Positions 26,436-36,176 of a stretch of 64,000 nucleotides of DNA are shown here, piece after piece. Position numbers and translations under genes: made by a program. The DNA comes from Patescibacteria group bacterium. Lineage in GTDB: Bacteria; Patescibacteriota; Minisyncoccia; Phycocordibacterales; Phycocordibacteraceae. The stretch covers positions 184,486-248,485 of the forward strand of contig JAIELV010000001.1 in NCBI GenBank assembly GCA_019752595.1, in the 5' to 3' direction. Positions within the stretch are counted from its first letter, which is position 1; each line of letters opens with the position of its first letter. Under the pieces are notes generated by a model, which worked only from the letters and a program-made list of their open reading frames with translations, was not told where the DNA came from and searched no databases.

Positions 26436-27841
26436 GATGATATAACCAAACGAGGTTTTTTACCTGAAATCTGGAGGAGCGCCTTCTTTTCAAAGCGGGT
26501 CTCCGTACTTACTGTACCGCGTTTTTTGAGGCGTATTCGGGGAACGGCTGCACTTCCTATTCGGTCGTAAAGTTGCTTAAACTCAGAACTTACAGTGAGA
26601 AGTTTTTCCGTTATTTTCGTTGCAATCTTTACTTCCATTTCTTTAGTCGCCCGTACCTTTTCTTTCAGTTCGACGTCAATAATGAGTTCTTCAGAGTATG
26701 CCCCTTTACGCTTTCTGGTATATGCAAAATAGGAGCCAGTGCTGACCCCGTGCGGAATGCCAGAAGCTATCTGATCAGGATATATGTTGAGGGCGTACAG
26801 AGTAACGGCAACATCCGTTCTTCCGCTTATAGTGACCGCAGGAAGACGATCCCACACGGCCTTCTTGCTTCGCTTTTCAATCACTGCGAGCGCGCCTGGA
26901 GCGAATACGCTTCCTGTGTCGTGGATGTTGTAGCGAACCAACGGAATCGGCATATGTTTGGTAATCAGAAGTTCTTCCCCGCTTTCCTCTATATAGAGTG
27001 AGTCAGGCAAATACTGATAGATACCCCCTTGCTTCTCATCCTTCCCAAACAATTTTGAGTAGAGAGCCTTGTCAGTCCTCGCTTTACGACGCAAACGTAT
27101 AGTTGCAGGTGTTTCAAATGCCATTGAGCCTGCGTCCGCGGAACCGTAGAGGCTGATTATTCTTTCATACGAAGTCGGCTTGCCGATAAGTTTTGCAGCT
27201 TCGTCGCGCCATTCTTCAGAGAATTTATCGCCTGCCGTCAGAAGAAATAGCGAGCGGTGCATCTCCGTGTCGGTCGTCTTAAGCTCGCGAAGAAAATCCA
27301 TAACGTACGGTGGATACCCCGCTATAACAACGTGCCTGAAAAGGTGTACTGAATTTTTGTACGCAATCAGACCGTCCTTGCGGTCGATTCCTGGGGTAGC
27401 AACGGTGATATTGAAACCATCTTTTCGTAGTTCGCGCACGGCGTCTGCGGTAAAAAGACCCGCAACCCAGAGGCCCATTGAAAATGTGATGAGAACCAAG
27501 GTTGGCTCGTTCGGCTTTATTCCGTAAATTTTTTCAATAATGTATCGGTGCAGCGCTGCGCCCTCTGCGAGTGTTTGTTCGTCTCTAAACCAAACCGAAG
27601 GCTTGCCCGATGAGCCAGAGCTCACGTATGTTACTGCTCCTGCAGATTCATCCTGCAAAAGGTCATCCGCAGCGTACTTCTTTATGAAAGATTCTTTTGA
27701 GGTTACGGGTAGTTTAAAAAATGTTGCACTCGATACTTTTTTCGGCACGGTTCCCGTCATTTTTTTTACATACCTCTTATACGCAAGGGAGTGCTTCAGA
27801 GCCTTCTCAGCAACGCTACAGATTTTTCTAGAAGGTTTCAT
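26432..27841 (-). CDS. phenylacetate--CoA ligase family (ANL) adenylating enzyme
   Basis: SSGSSGKP P-loop, YGSAD, LVRYNIHD, GRTD, NIYP. Confidence 0.85.
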   Translation of the reverse strand: MKPSRKICSVAEKALKHSLAYKRYVKKMTGTVPKKVSSATFFKLPVTSKESFIKKYAADDLLQDESAGAVTYVSSGSSGKPSVWFRDEQTLAEGAALHRYIIEKIYGIKPNEPTLVLITFSMGLWVAGLFTADAVRELRKDGFNITVATPGIDRKDGLIAYKNSVHLFRHVVIAGYPPYVMDFLRELKTTDTEMHRSLFLLTAGDKFSEEWRDEAAKLIGKPTSYERIISLYGSADAGSMAFETPATIRLRRKARTDKALYSKLFGKDEKQGGIYQYLPDSLYIEESGEELLITKHMPIPLVRYNIHDTGSVFAPGALAVIEKRSKKAVWDRLPAVTISGRTDVAVTLYALNIYPDQIASGIPHGVSTGSYFAYTRKRKGAYSEELIIDVELKEKVRATKEMEVKIATKITEKLLTVSSEFKQLYDRIGSAAVPRIRLKKRGTVSTETRFEKKALLQISGKKPRLVISS

Positions 27842-28947
27842 GCGTGCTTCGGATTCTTTACCAAACTTTCTAAAGTATAGCTGTAACGACCTGAAGGTAC
27901 CGATTGCCCCGAAAGTATCTGGCGTGCCGTATACGCGACCGCAGCCCCCGCAAAGGCTGCTGAGGCGCCCAGCTGAGGTATTGAAGGAATGGTTTTACCA
28001 AGCTCCCCTATTGAAAAACGCATCGATTCTTCAAGCTCGTTTATACCCACTATGGCGTTGGCTAACTTCAACCACTCTTCGTAGCTTAAGTTTTTAAGTG
28101 TGTCAGGATCTACGTCGGTTCCAGGAAGATTGTAAAAAAGAGGTCGTTCTGGCTCAAGATCAAAGCGTTCAATGTCGAGAATAATGCCGTTACCGTTGTC
28201 GGTTGCCATGATGACGGGAATTTTTTCCCGCTTTGCAATCTGGCGCATGCGTATTTTGAATTCAATGGATTCTACCTCGTCTATGAGGAGGTCTAGCTTT
28301 GGAGAGCACATAAACGCTTCTATGTTTTCTGAGGTAACACCGTTTTCAAAAAGTTCGACGTTTGTGTAGGGGTCTAATTCCCACACTGCGCGGGCGGCGG
28401 TTTCAGTTTTCGGTTGAAGTATGTCGGGAAGACCCGCGCGAAGGCGATTCAGATTTGTTGTCTCAACGACATCCATGTCAGCTATCTTTATGTTTTTTGG
28501 ACCGCCCGATTGCACGAGGGCATTCAAAATTGCCGAGCCTACCGAGAGGCCTGCAACCGCTACGGTACCCGCACGGAACTTTTCTTGAACCTCTTTCGTG
28601 ATGAGGTGTTTGTTTCTGGCGGTCCTGAGTTCAAAGTATTCCGCCTCAGGCAAGGAACGTACCGCCCTTTTCAACCAGGGGTAAAAAATGAATACCGAAG
28701 TAATGTTTTTTTCGGCAACAAATGCTGTGCGTGCCCTTTCGAACTCTGGAGTGCCTTTTTTCGTGCCTGGATTACGGATAGAAAAAAGCTCTCCGCGCAT
28801 TGATGCGGTCGCATCAACAATTTCCGTACCTTTTGGTATATCTTTTTCTTCCTTGAATATCTGAGGCGCGTTTACCGCGTCGAACGAGGAAGAAAACGAG
28901 CGTTCACGTTCGTTTTTTCCAAGTGATGATGAGGAAAGACCTACCAT
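27838..28947 (-). CDS. ThiF/E1-like adenylyltransferase (Rv1355c/MoeY N-terminal-like)
   Basis: FYPW...LRTARNKHLIT, VAGLSVG, ADMDVVETTNLNRL, DIERFDLEP, IPQLG. Confidence 0.88.
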   Translation of the reverse strand: MVGLSSSSLGKNERERSFSSSFDAVNAPQIFKEEKDIPKGTEIVDATASMRGELFSIRNPGTKKGTPEFERARTAFVAEKNITSVFIFYPWLKRAVRSLPEAEYFELRTARNKHLITKEVQEKFRAGTVAVAGLSVGSAILNALVQSGGPKNIKIADMDVVETTNLNRLRAGLPDILQPKTETAARAVWELDPYTNVELFENGVTSENIEAFMCSPKLDLLIDEVESIEFKIRMRQIAKREKIPVIMATDNGNGIILDIERFDLEPERPLFYNLPGTDVDPDTLKNLSYEEWLKLANAIVGINELEESMRFSIGELGKTIPSIPQLGASAAFAGAAVAYTARQILSGQSVPSGRYSYTLESLVKNPKHA

Positions 28948-30515
28948 GCGTCACCGTGTCCGTTTTGGATGGTTTTTATAAGGTTATTCAACTCTCCCGA
29001 GAACGAACGGTCTTCAATAACCACAGGTACTTCTTTTCGCACTTTCTCGTAAAGCTCGCGGCTCTTCACTGACAAACGAGCAGATGATTTTAGAACATCG
29101 GTTGCTTGTGCGAGTGTTATGAGTTCAATGGCTATCACGACAAACGCGTTCTCAATCGCTTTTGCAGCTATGAGCGCGGCGTCGGTACCCATTGAAACAA
29201 CGTCTTGGTTGTCAGCGTTCGTGGAGATTGAATGCAGTGAGTGCGGGTAGCCCATCGACTGACTGTCAGCCGTGGTTGACGTCGCTACGAACTGGAGGCC
29301 CTGCAAACCAAGTGTGAGTCCAGGTTGCTTCAGGTTCAAGAACGGTGGGAATGTTTGGTTTACATTTCGGTTCAAAAAGAAGTTGATTCTTCTCTCCGAA
29401 AGCATGGTGGTCTTAATCATTCCGATTTTCAGCTGGTCAACAGCAGCGGCGATGTATTCACCGTGGAAGTTACCACCGTGAATAAACTGTTTTTCCTTAA
29501 GGTCGATGATGGGGTTGTCGGTAACGGAGTTAAGCTCAACCGTTACATCCCCACGAGCTTTCTGAACAATGTCATACACAGGGCCTAAAATTTGAGGCAC
29601 ACAACGGAATGAATAGACATCCTGAATATGTTCAGGGGTCACATAGACGTTATCAATAACATGTACACGTGATTGAAGATCCTCTCTGTTCGTAAGCAAT
29701 TTCGAGGTTGCAACAATTTCGCGTAAACGACGCGCAACTTCGCGCTGACCCACGTGTGGACGGACAGCCGAAAGGCCGTCTGAGATAGCGTCGCTGATAC
29801 CGTTCACGAGCTCGAATGAAAGTGCGCTTGTCTGAATCGCCAAATCAAGCACTTTCGTAGCGCGGTACACGAGAAGTGCGCTGATACCTGTCATGAACGA
29901 GGTGCCGTTAATCAACGAGAGTCCTTCTTTTGGCAACAAGCGGTGTGGCTTGATGCGGAGTTTCTTCAGGACGCCTTTGGTTGGCTGGCGCTTTCCTTTA
30001 TAGAAAACTTCCCCTTCGCCTATGAGCGCGAGCGCAATGTGGGCAAGCTGAACCAAGTCGCCAGAGGTGCCTACAGCACCGTGACGCGGGACTATAGGAA
30101 TGATTCGGTGATTGATGAAGGATGCGAGGTGGTTGACCAGTGCTTCTGAGATACCCGAATGCCCCTTCACCATAGAGTTGAGGCGGTCCACCATTGCCGC
30201 AAGCACGAAATCTTCCTCGACTGGTTTTCCTGCGCCTACCGCATGGCTTCTGATGAGGTTGTACTGAAGTTCCTCAAGCTGGCTCTTGCCGATAATGTGC
30301 GATGCCATGGGACCGAATCCTGTAGTGATTCCGTACAAAACCTTCTTGTCCATTTCTTTAATTAAAAAGGCATTCGCGTCATGCACGCGCTTCATTGCCT
30401 CATGTGAGATGCTTACTTTAACTTTCGGATTCGCTACGACCTGATTTACTTTCTCAGGCGTAAGAGAGTTTCCGTCGAGCACTACAACAAGACCTTTCTG
30501 TGGTTTAGAAGACAT
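28941..30515 (-). CDS. MIO-dependent aromatic amino acid ammonia-lyase, probably tyrosine/phenylalanine type
   Basis: YGITTGFGPM, VGTSGDL (MIO triad TSG), NGTS, YSFRCVPQ, GGNFHG, NQDVVSMG. Confidence 0.9.
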   Translation of the reverse strand: MSSKPQKGLVVVLDGNSLTPEKVNQVVANPKVKVSISHEAMKRVHDANAFLIKEMDKKVLYGITTGFGPMASHIIGKSQLEELQYNLIRSHAVGAGKPVEEDFVLAAMVDRLNSMVKGHSGISEALVNHLASFINHRIIPIVPRHGAVGTSGDLVQLAHIALALIGEGEVFYKGKRQPTKGVLKKLRIKPHRLLPKEGLSLINGTSFMTGISALLVYRATKVLDLAIQTSALSFELVNGISDAISDGLSAVRPHVGQREVARRLREIVATSKLLTNREDLQSRVHVIDNVYVTPEHIQDVYSFRCVPQILGPVYDIVQKARGDVTVELNSVTDNPIIDLKEKQFIHGGNFHGEYIAAAVDQLKIGMIKTTMLSERRINFFLNRNVNQTFPPFLNLKQPGLTLGLQGLQFVATSTTADSQSMGYPHSLHSISTNADNQDVVSMGTDAALIAAKAIENAFVVIAIELITLAQATDVLKSSARLSVKSRELYEKVRKEVPVVIEDRSFSGELNNLIKTIQNGHGDAW

Positions 30516-30525
30516 ACATTAATTA

Positions 30526-31035
30526 TTATCTACCAAAAAAGAATAGACCGGCTAAAGGCGCTACGAGCCACCAGAAAAACATTTCTGGAGAGGCAAAGAG
30601 CGCAAGAGTAGGGGCACTGAACGTGTAGATCGTCTGCACAGGAAGCACGTGAATACTGATAGCAAGAATCAAGCCCGCAGTAACCCCTGAGAGGATTGCA
30701 GTCCCTAGGAAACTTGAGGTTGAGCGTGCAAGGAAAAAGGAGAGACCTGAAAACGCGAGTAGCGATACAAGTGTAAAACCCACAAAGACACCGATTTGGA
30801 TGTAGGCGTTATCTGCTGGAAATAGTGAGCCATAAGGGAAGGCTCTGTAGAGGACGATACCCGCATAGAGGGCTGCAATAAGAGAAATGAGGCGGTCGCG
30901 ACCGAAGTAGAACGCGATGGTTGCTATGGCGCCTGCAACGACAATGAAGGCAAAAAAATCAGCCCCAAACGCGATGACGTAATCAAGCGCTGCTTTGAGG
31001 GGCTCTGCAATACCAGGGTTCCCCAGCAAATCCAT
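30526..31035 (-). CDS. hypothetical membrane protein (about 5 TM)
   Basis: Hydrophobic ORF ending 10 nt upstream of the lyase; TACTAT 7 nt before its ATG. Confidence 0.7.
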   Translation of the reverse strand: MDLLGNPGIAEPLKAALDYVIAFGADFFAFIVVAGAIATIAFYFGRDRLISLIAALYAGIVLYRAFPYGSLFPADNAYIQIGVFVGFTLVSLLAFSGLSFFLARSTSSFLGTAILSGVTAGLILAISIHVLPVQTIYTFSAPTLALFASPEMFFWWLVAPLAGLFFFGR

Positions 31036-31071
31036 ATGGGGCTATAGTAGCACACAAGGAATACCAAAAGT

Positions 31072-32139
31072 CTATATCCCCTCCTTCTTCAGCTTCTCCA
31101 AGAGCTCCTTTGCTTCCTTTGAAAGTTTCTGTGGGAACTCGACTTTTACGCGAATCAACAAGTCACCGCGTTTTGAACGGTCCATGGGCACACCCTTCCC
31201 TTTCACTCTCAGTATTTCGTCAGTTGAGCGAAGCGGGGGCACATTAATGGTTACTTCACCATCCAATGTGTCGAGTTTGTACTCAGAACCGATGAGTGCG
31301 TCGGTAATTTTGACAGGCAAATCGGTCACGATGTTGTAGCCCTCTTTACGGAATTTTCTGTCAGGGCGTACGTGTACTTTGACGTACAAATCTCCTGGCC
31401 CGCCTGCTGAAACTGCTTCACCCAAACCACCCATTCTGATTACTTGACCACTGTCGATACCCGCGGGTACTTGCACCGTAATCTCTTCTTCTTTTCTCTC
31501 TACACCCTGACCGCGGCACATAGTGCATGGCTTTTCAGGCACCACGCGCCTTCCTTTGCAGGTCTGGCAGGTAGTAGATACGGAAAATACACCGAACGGA
31601 GAACGGCGTGATTCAACAACCTGCCCTTTGCCGTTACAGGTGGCGCAGGTCTTTGTTTTTGTGTTTGGTTCCGCTCCACTTCCAGTGCAGCGCTCGCACG
31701 TGCTGTCCTTGGTGATAAGCACTTTGCGGGTGACACCAAAGATTGATTCTTTGAACGAAAGTTCTATATCAATAGAGATGTCCCGACCACGATGCGAGCG
31801 CCCACCGCCCCCAAAAATGTCATTAAAGCCACCGAATATGTCGTTGAGATCTATATCAAATTCAACTCCATTTTGGCCACCGAAACCTGAGAAATCAAAA
31901 CCCTCCGCACCTCCTGCACCGCCTCCGCCTGAGAACACGCGTCCGTATGAGTCGTACTCTGCGCGTTTCTTATCATCAGAAAGAACCGTATACGCTTCGC
32001 TTACCTCTTTGAACTTTGCCTCGTCGCCTCCTTTTTTGTCAGGATGATACTTATGAGCCAGCGTTCGAAACGCTTTTTTTATATCTTCCTTTGTTGCTTT
32101 CTTTTCAACGCCGAGAATTTGATAGTAGTCCTTGCTCAT
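31072..32139 (-). CDS. dnaJ: chaperone DnaJ
   Basis: J domain HPD, G/F-rich region, four CxxCxGxG-type repeats. Confidence 0.97.
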   Translation of the reverse strand: MSKDYYQILGVEKKATKEDIKKAFRTLAHKYHPDKKGGDEAKFKEVSEAYTVLSDDKKRAEYDSYGRVFSGGGGAGGAEGFDFSGFGGQNGVEFDIDLNDIFGGFNDIFGGGGRSHRGRDISIDIELSFKESIFGVTRKVLITKDSTCERCTGSGAEPNTKTKTCATCNGKGQVVESRRSPFGVFSVSTTCQTCKGRRVVPEKPCTMCRGQGVERKEEEITVQVPAGIDSGQVIRMGGLGEAVSAGGPGDLYVKVHVRPDRKFRKEGYNIVTDLPVKITDALIGSEYKLDTLDGEVTINVPPLRSTDEILRVKGKGVPMDRSKRGDLLIRVKVEFPQKLSKEAKELLEKLKKEGI

Positions 32140-32185
32140 AGTGTATCCATACTACTCTAAAACTGAAAACCGCCAAACAGGTGAG

Positions 32186-32494
32186 TTATTTTTCAACCGT
32201 GAACCGACTTGGGCGCGCCGTGTAAACCTTCTCGTACCCGTCCTCGAATGTTTTTAGCGCCCGCACTTTTGCAAGGTCAGTGAAGCCTATGACCACGCAT
32301 CCAGTAATGGGGGTTTTGCTGGCGAAGCCGCCATTATTTGTTGGGTTAAAGTAGGACACTTTAGCCCCAACTTGGATATCTCGTAATCTAAGCTCACGCG
32401 TATTACTAATTCGTTCAGAATCCTGCTGTGGCGTAAGACGGCGATTCGTCTCCGTCGGAAGCCCAACAAATATATAGTCTCGCTCTACGTTCAT
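32186..32494 (-). CDS. hypothetical protein between dnaK and dnaJ
   Basis: ATGA overlap with the dnaK stop. Confidence 0.5.
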   Translation of the reverse strand: MNVERDYIFVGLPTETNRRLTPQQDSERISNTRELRLRDIQVGAKVSYFNPTNNGGFASKTPITGCVVIGFTDLAKVRALKTFEDGYEKVYTARPSRFTVEK

Positions 32495-34353
32495 ACGTCA
32501 GTGACGTTTCCCTCAGGTGCTGTACCTGCTTCAGGTGGTTTTTCGTCTTTCTTTTCCTCCTGCATGTACTGGCCAATTTTCTGCATCTCAGTTGAGAGTG
32601 CCTGTGTTGTTGATTTAATACCTTCTACATCCCCCGTATCGCGTCTTTCTTTCGCGGCAGTGATTGCAGTTTGAACGCCTGTTTTTACATCCTCAGGGAT
32701 TTTTGCACCGTGGTCTACGAGGGCTTTTTCTGCTGTGTAGATTGCTTGGTCTGCAAAGTTTCGCACCTCAACAAGCTCTTTTGCGCTCTTGTCTTTATCC
32801 GCATTCATTTCTGCGTCTTTTTTCATGCGTTCGATATCTGCATCCGTAAGGCCAGAACGCGCCTCAATCTTGATGGTCTGCTCTTTACCTGTCGCTTTGT
32901 CTTTTGCAGTTACTTTCAAAATGCCGTTCGCGTCGACATCAAATGTGACTTCTACTTGTGGCATACCGCGTGGCGCTGGTGGAATACCCTCGAGGATGAA
33001 TCGTCCGAGTGATTTGTTATCGTTTGCCATTGCGCGCTCGCCTTGAACCACATGCACCTCCACCGATGTCTGATTGTCTGCTGCTGTTGAGAATGTCTGA
33101 CCTTTTGCAGTCGGGATAGTGGTGTTCTTTTCAATAAGTTTCGTAGCCACACCTCCCATGGTTTCAATACCAAGTGAGAGCGGAATAACATCCAAGAGAA
33201 GAACATCTTTCACATCGCCCTGCAAGATTCCTCCCTGAATAGCGGCACCGAGCGCGACTACTTCGTCGGGGTTTACACCGAGGTGTGGTTCTTTTCCGAA
33301 GTAATCCTTTACCGCTTTCTGAATCATTGGCATTCGTGTCTGACCGCCAACCAAAATGACTTCATTAATTTCACCAATCTTAAAAGGCGAGGCCTCCATC
33401 GCGCGCTTGGTGATTGCCATTGAGCGCGCCACAAACTCGTCTGTGAGTTCTTCTAGTTTTGCGCGTGAGAGCGTCAAAAGGAGATGTTTCGGCCCTGAAG
33501 CGTCTGAGGTAATGAAGGGAATGTTAATTTCAGATTGAACGGCGCTTGAAAGTTCAATCTTCGCCTTTTCAGCTGCTTCGTCCAATCGCTGTCGCGCCAA
33601 TGGATCACCCATGATGTCGATACCCGATTCTTTTTTGAATTCGTCGGCAATCCACTGAATGATTTTTTGATCGATGTCACGACCACCAAGGTGCGAGTCG
33701 CCGTCCGTCGATTTCACTTCAATAACGTCATCCCCCACTTCAAGAATGGAAATATCGAATGTTCCCCCGCCGAAGTCGTAGACTGCAATTTTTTCATTTT
33801 TCTTTTTATCAAAACCGTATGCAAGCGCGGCTGCAGTTGGTTCATTAATGATGCGCTTCACATCGAGGCCTGCAATTTTACCCGCATCTTTTGTAGCTTG
33901 CCTCTGAGAGTCGTTGAAGTATGCAGGGACAGTAATCACGGCTTCAGTAATCGGTTCACCCAGGCGGGCTTCTGCGTCTGCCTTCAACTTCTGTAGAATC
34001 ATTGCTGAAACTTCCTCAGGGCGATAATTTTTATCACCCATTTTCACCTCAATACCGCCATTCGCGCTTTTGAGGAGTTCGTACGCCAGTGCAGATTTAT
34101 CTTTCTGCACCGCTTGTTCGTCAAATGTGTGCCCGATAAATCGCTTTATCTGATAGACAGTGTTTTTCGGATTTGTGACTGCCTGACGCTTTGCGAGAAG
34201 TCCAGCGAGGCGTTCTCCTGTCTTTGAGACAGCGACTACCGAAGGCGTCGTACGATTTCCCTCCGCATTTTCAATGATGCGCGGTTCGCCGCCTTCGACA
34301 ATAGCCATCGCCGAATTTGTAGTGCCCAAGTCAATACCAAGAATTTTTCCCAT
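32491..34353 (-). CDS. dnaK: chaperone DnaK
   Basis: [25 protein letters not shown]. Confidence 0.98.
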   Translation of the reverse strand: MGKILGIDLGTTNSAMAIVEGGEPRIIENAEGNRTTPSVVAVSKTGERLAGLLAKRQAVTNPKNTVYQIKRFIGHTFDEQAVQKDKSALAYELLKSANGGIEVKMGDKNYRPEEVSAMILQKLKADAEARLGEPITEAVITVPAYFNDSQRQATKDAGKIAGLDVKRIINEPTAAALAYGFDKKKNEKIAVYDFGGGTFDISILEVGDDVIEVKSTDGDSHLGGRDIDQKIIQWIADEFKKESGIDIMGDPLARQRLDEAAEKAKIELSSAVQSEINIPFITSDASGPKHLLLTLSRAKLEELTDEFVARSMAITKRAMEASPFKIGEINEVILVGGQTRMPMIQKAVKDYFGKEPHLGVNPDEVVALGAAIQGGILQGDVKDVLLLDVIPLSLGIETMGGVATKLIEKNTTIPTAKGQTFSTAADNQTSVEVHVVQGERAMANDNKSLGRFILEGIPPAPRGMPQVEVTFDVDANGILKVTAKDKATGKEQTIKIEARSGLTDADIERMKKDAEMNADKDKSAKELVEVRNFADQAIYTAEKALVDHGAKIPEDVKTGVQTAITAAKERRDTGDVEGIKSTTQALSTEMQKIGQYMQEEKKDEKPPEAGTAPEGNVTDV

Positions 34354-34365
34354 AGTTATTTCTAT

Positions 34366-34890
34366 TTATTTTTGATAATGCGCGACCGCAATGCGTGCCG
34401 GTCGGATGATGCGCCCGTTAAGGGAGTACCCTTTCTGGTGCACCTTGGTAACTCTATTATCCTCCTCTAGGGTTTCAACTGCAAGTGTTTCGACAGGTTC
34501 ATGAAGCGCGGGATCAAAGACCTCTCCTGTTTCACCGAATGAGCTGACGCCGTTTTCGGCAAAAACCTTTTCAAGTTGCGTTTTGATATTTTTTATACCT
34601 TCAATCTCGCCACCTCCGTGCTGGAGTGCCATCTCCAAGGCATCCATGACAGGCAAAAGCTCTGCCACCACTGATTCAGCCGCAAAGCGAGCCATACTCT
34701 TACCGTCTTCTTCGAAACGCTTTCGGGCGTTTATGTAGTCCGCCTTCATTCTTTGAAGAGAATCCAGATATTCGTCACGCTCTTTCTGAGTTTTTTTGAG
34801 CTTCTCACGCAAATCGGCGAGCTTCTGAGCACCAGTTTGGGTATTACCCTCCCCGTCTTCAGCCTCAAGTGTTACATCGTCTTCGTTCAT
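34366..34890 (-). CDS. grpE: nucleotide exchange factor GrpE
   Basis: ADYINARKR, FDPALHE, QKGYSLNGRIIRPA. Confidence 0.95.
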   Translation of the reverse strand: MNEDDVTLEAEDGEGNTQTGAQKLADLREKLKKTQKERDEYLDSLQRMKADYINARKRFEEDGKSMARFAAESVVAELLPVMDALEMALQHGGGEIEGIKNIKTQLEKVFAENGVSSFGETGEVFDPALHEPVETLAVETLEEDNRVTKVHQKGYSLNGRIIRPARIAVAHYQK

Positions 34891-34944
34891 AGGGATTCTA
34901 TTTTACAAAACGTGTACAGTGGTCGTCAAAATTATCAAGATAAC

Positions 34945-35040
34945 GCTTCGGTCACAACTCTCGTCATGCCGTCGCACTCCTCGGTCGCGACCCCGCCTCG
35001 TCCGTTTTCTGAAACAGAAAACATGACTCTGGCCGTCGAA
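34945..35040 (-). ncRNA. candidate structured RNA or repeat element between rpsI and grpE
   Basis: Minus strand: gcc-aga-gtc..gttttctg/cagaaaac..gac-ga-ggc hairpin, then a ggtcgcga/ttgtgacc stem (G-U pairs) enclosing tgc-gacg-gca. Confidence 0.4.
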
Positions 35041-35047
35041 ACTGCTA

Positions 35048-35073
35048 TCTAAAAACAAGCAGTTGTTTTTAGA
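35048..35073 (-). terminator. hairpin directly after the rpsI stop
   Basis: tctaaaaacaa-gcag-ttgtttttaga, an 11-bp inverted repeat. Confidence 0.55.
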
Positions 35074-35466
35074 TTAGCGTTTCGACCAAGATGGTCTCTT
35101 GCGGGCCTTGAGGAGCCCTGGTTTCTTGCGTTCAACAGCTCTTGGATCGCGCTTCAAGTACCCCGCAGCTTTCAATACACCTCTTTTCGAGGCGTCATGA
35201 GCAAGAATTGCGCGGGCAATGCCGTGCCTTAATGCGTCAGATTGACCTGAAATACCACCTCCCGAAAGGAGGGCGGTGATAGTGAATTTGTCTTCAGATT
35301 CTTTGAGTGGCAAAAGCGCGTTGTCGGCCTGCTCTTTGATTGGGAAGAAATCTGCAATGGTTTTACCGTTTACAGTGATCGACTGCTTTGCAGAAGGTGT
35401 AAGGCGGACGCGTGCTTTTGCGGTTTTTCTTCGGCCAATAGCTTCAATGTAGCGTGCTGTACTCAT
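35074..35466 (-). CDS. rpsI: 30S ribosomal protein S9
   Basis: GRRKTA, GGGISGQ, ERKKPG...WSKR. Confidence 0.97.
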   Translation of the reverse strand: MSTARYIEAIGRRKTAKARVRLTPSAKQSITVNGKTIADFFPIKEQADNALLPLKESEDKFTITALLSGGGISGQSDALRHGIARAILAHDASKRGVLKAAGYLKRDPRAVERKKPGLLKARKRPSWSKR

Positions 35467-35468
35467 AG

Positions 35469-35813
35469 TTATTCGGTAATGTTGAGGTTTTTAAGCATTC
35501 CAGGGCGGAGTTTGTTGTTTGGAATCATACCGCGTACTGCGCGTCGTACTACTTCTTTGACACCAAGACGAGTGGTGACTGCTTCGTCGGATTCAAATTT
35601 TTGACTTCCTGGGTAGCCTGAGAAACGAATGTGGCGCTTTTCTTTTGTCTTTGCTTCAGTACGGCTTATTTTGCCAACATTAATGATTGAAACTTTTACT
35701 GCAGGAGCTTTGTGACGAGCGAATGTAGCAAGGTTCTTACCCATCAAAATAGAAGCTGCTTGAGAAGCAATGCGCCCGAGTTTCTTTCCTTTTGCGTCAA
35801 TAGTGTGTTCCAT
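35469..35813 (-). CDS. rplM: 50S ribosomal protein L13 (short form)
   Basis: IDAKGKKLGRIAS, SGYPG, AVRGMIP; start MEHTIDA at 35813. Confidence 0.93.
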   Translation of the reverse strand: MEHTIDAKGKKLGRIASQAASILMGKNLATFARHKAPAVKVSIINVGKISRTEAKTKEKRHIRFSGYPGSQKFESDEAVTTRLGVKEVVRRAVRGMIPNNKLRPGMLKNLNITE

Positions 35814-35817
35814 ATGT

Positions 35818-36174
35818 TTATACAACGAATTCAATAACCGCGCTCTGTCTTCCGTCGGATGCACGCTTTACCACTTTCGTGATGCGGAGGTATCCACCTT
35901 TTCGGTCTTTGTATCGAGGTGCCAACACTTCAATCAATTTCTTAGCGGTCGAAGTTCTACCACCTAATGTTGAGATAAGGTCACGACGTACCGCAAGCGT
36001 GCCTTTCTTTGCCTTCGTAATCATCGATTCAACAATCGGGCGAAGTTCTTTTGCGCGCGCTTCAGTAGTCAAAATCTTCTCACGAGACACAAGCGCTTCA
36101 ACCAATGAAGATTTGAGGGCCGTACGTACGTCCTTTGTTCTACCGAATTTTCTTCCTATTTTCGAGTGCCTCAT
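35818..36174 (-). CDS. rplQ: 50S ribosomal protein L17
   Basis: MRH...RKFGR, TTEARAKE, RKGGYLRI. Confidence 0.97.
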   Translation of the reverse strand: MRHSKIGRKFGRTKDVRTALKSSLVEALVSREKILTTEARAKELRPIVESMITKAKKGTLAVRRDLISTLGGRTSTAKKLIEVLAPRYKDRKGGYLRITKVVKRASDGRQSAVIEFVV

Positions 36175-36176
36175 AG

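Noticed and set aside
28941-30515. Histidine utilisation gene hutH
   Set aside because: No hutU/I/G, an NQD rather than QED motif, and a biosynthetic-looking context.
34950-35035. HDV-like ribozyme on the plus strand (contains actcctcggt)
   Set aside because: No GG after the would-be P1 to form P1.1, and G-U pairing favours the minus strand; kept only as a generic structured element.
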